From assembly GCA_048571215.1 (NCBI GenBank), contig CP182352.1, positions 3,540,373 through 3,604,372 on the forward strand: a stretch of 64,000 nucleotides of DNA, read 5' to 3'. A program made the position numbers and the translations under genes. This stretch comes from Halarcobacter sp. (GTDB lineage: Bacteria > Campylobacterota > Campylobacteria > Campylobacterales > Arcobacteraceae). Shown here piece after piece: positions 63,564 through 64,000 of this stretch (position 1 is the first letter of the stretch; each line of letters opens with the position of its first letter). The notes under the pieces were generated by a model, which worked only from the letters and a program-made list of their open reading frames with translations, had not been told where the DNA came from and did no database searches.

Positions 63564-64000
63564 ATGGAAAATTTTGCTGATGTAAAATATATTCTTGATG
63601 GATTTCTATTTTGTATAATGGGAGTCTTAGTAATGTGGATGGCTGCAGGTTTTGCAATGCTAGAGTCTGGTCTAACAAGATCAAAAAATAACGCGACGGT
63701 GTTAACAAAAAATATTGCATTGTTTGCAATCTCTTGTATTATGTACTACTTTATTGGGTACAACGTAATGTATGGTGAGGGTTCATCTTTCATTGGAAGT
63801 TTTTCAACTATTAGTATGGTAACTGCACCTGATGCATCTTATCCTGCTGCTGCTGATTTCTTCTTCCAAGTTGTATTCGTTGCAACTGCTGCATCTGTAA
63901 TTTCAGGTTCAATTGCAGAAAGAATGAAATTATGGCCATTTTTAATATTTGTTGTAATATTAAGTGGTATTATTTATCCAATTCAAGGTCACTGGACATG
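63564..64000 (+). CDS. amt: Ammonium transporter (Amt family), 3' end cut by window edge; not in the supplied ORF track
   Basis: AAAGGAAAAAT-ATG at 63564. Translation MENFADVKYILDGFLFCIMGVLVMWMAAGFAMLESGLTRSKN...ADFFFQVVFVATAASVISGSIAERMK is canonical Amt. The frame is open to the window end. Confidence 0.85.
   Translation, partial: MENFADVKYILDGFLFCIMGVLVMWMAAGFAMLESGLTRSKNNATVLTKNIALFAISCIMYYFIGYNVMYGEGSSFIGSFSTISMVTAPDASYPAAADFFFQVVFVATAASVISGSIAERMKLWPFLIFVVILSGIIYPIQGHWT

Noticed and set aside
63511-63729. Listed 72-aa minus-strand ORF.
   Set aside because: It lies antisense to a clear Amt-family reading frame that starts at 63564 with a good RBS. Its product is low-complexity with no family resemblance.

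Overview
This is an AT-rich chromosomal segment that looks like Campylobacterota, probably Arcobacter-group, judged from protein content and from htrA followed by a two-component pair. No rRNA genes, CRISPR array, transposase or integrase were seen.

**Left flank (1-10.6 kb):** ordinary genes. These are two two-component systems, dtd, htrA, ilvD, a tRNA-Leu/Ser/Cys cluster behind a consensus promoter, and a Cache/HD-GYP c-di-GMP phosphodiesterase.

**Centre (11.1-46.8 kb):** an almost entirely co-directional accessory locus, bracketed by two paralogous ankyrin+OmpA-like lipoproteins.
- The first half holds three divergent MurF-type Mur ligases (one fused to a DUF2156/MprF-C-like domain), two ATP-grasp enzymes resembling the cyanophycin synthetase G domain, and a CapA/PgsA-like protein.
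- It also holds a multidomain Ser/Thr kinase with Sel1 repeats, a secreted HExxH protein, a non-canonical Fic protein, a nucleotidyltransferase/PLP-enzyme fusion and a BI-1-like membrane protein.
- These genes run without an obvious terminator into a 2563-aa LapA/RTX-like type I secretion (T1SS) substrate. About 72% of it is an unbroken (Thr/Ser)-Asp dipeptide array of 920 dipeptides (5.5 kb).
- Downstream are a soluble histidine kinase with a response regulator, a TolC-SPOR fusion, a HlyB-like ABC exporter and a HlyD adaptor.

**Main hypothesis (inference only):** the ligase/kinase/Fic set decorates the polyanionic repeat protein, or builds a polymer associated with it. That would be an undescribed surface-polymer system.

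**Right flank (46.9-64 kb):** tkt; an ars locus (arsR, a GGCT-like gene, arsB, arsC, arsP) with a duplicated operator; rarD; a small thioredoxin-like protein; a MerR-like unit with a consensus promoter flanked by palindromes; an amidohydrolase; an LplT-PlsC-Aas triple fusion; glnD; a truncated sigma54-activator-like regulator; and a 3'-truncated amt gene that is missing from the ORF track.
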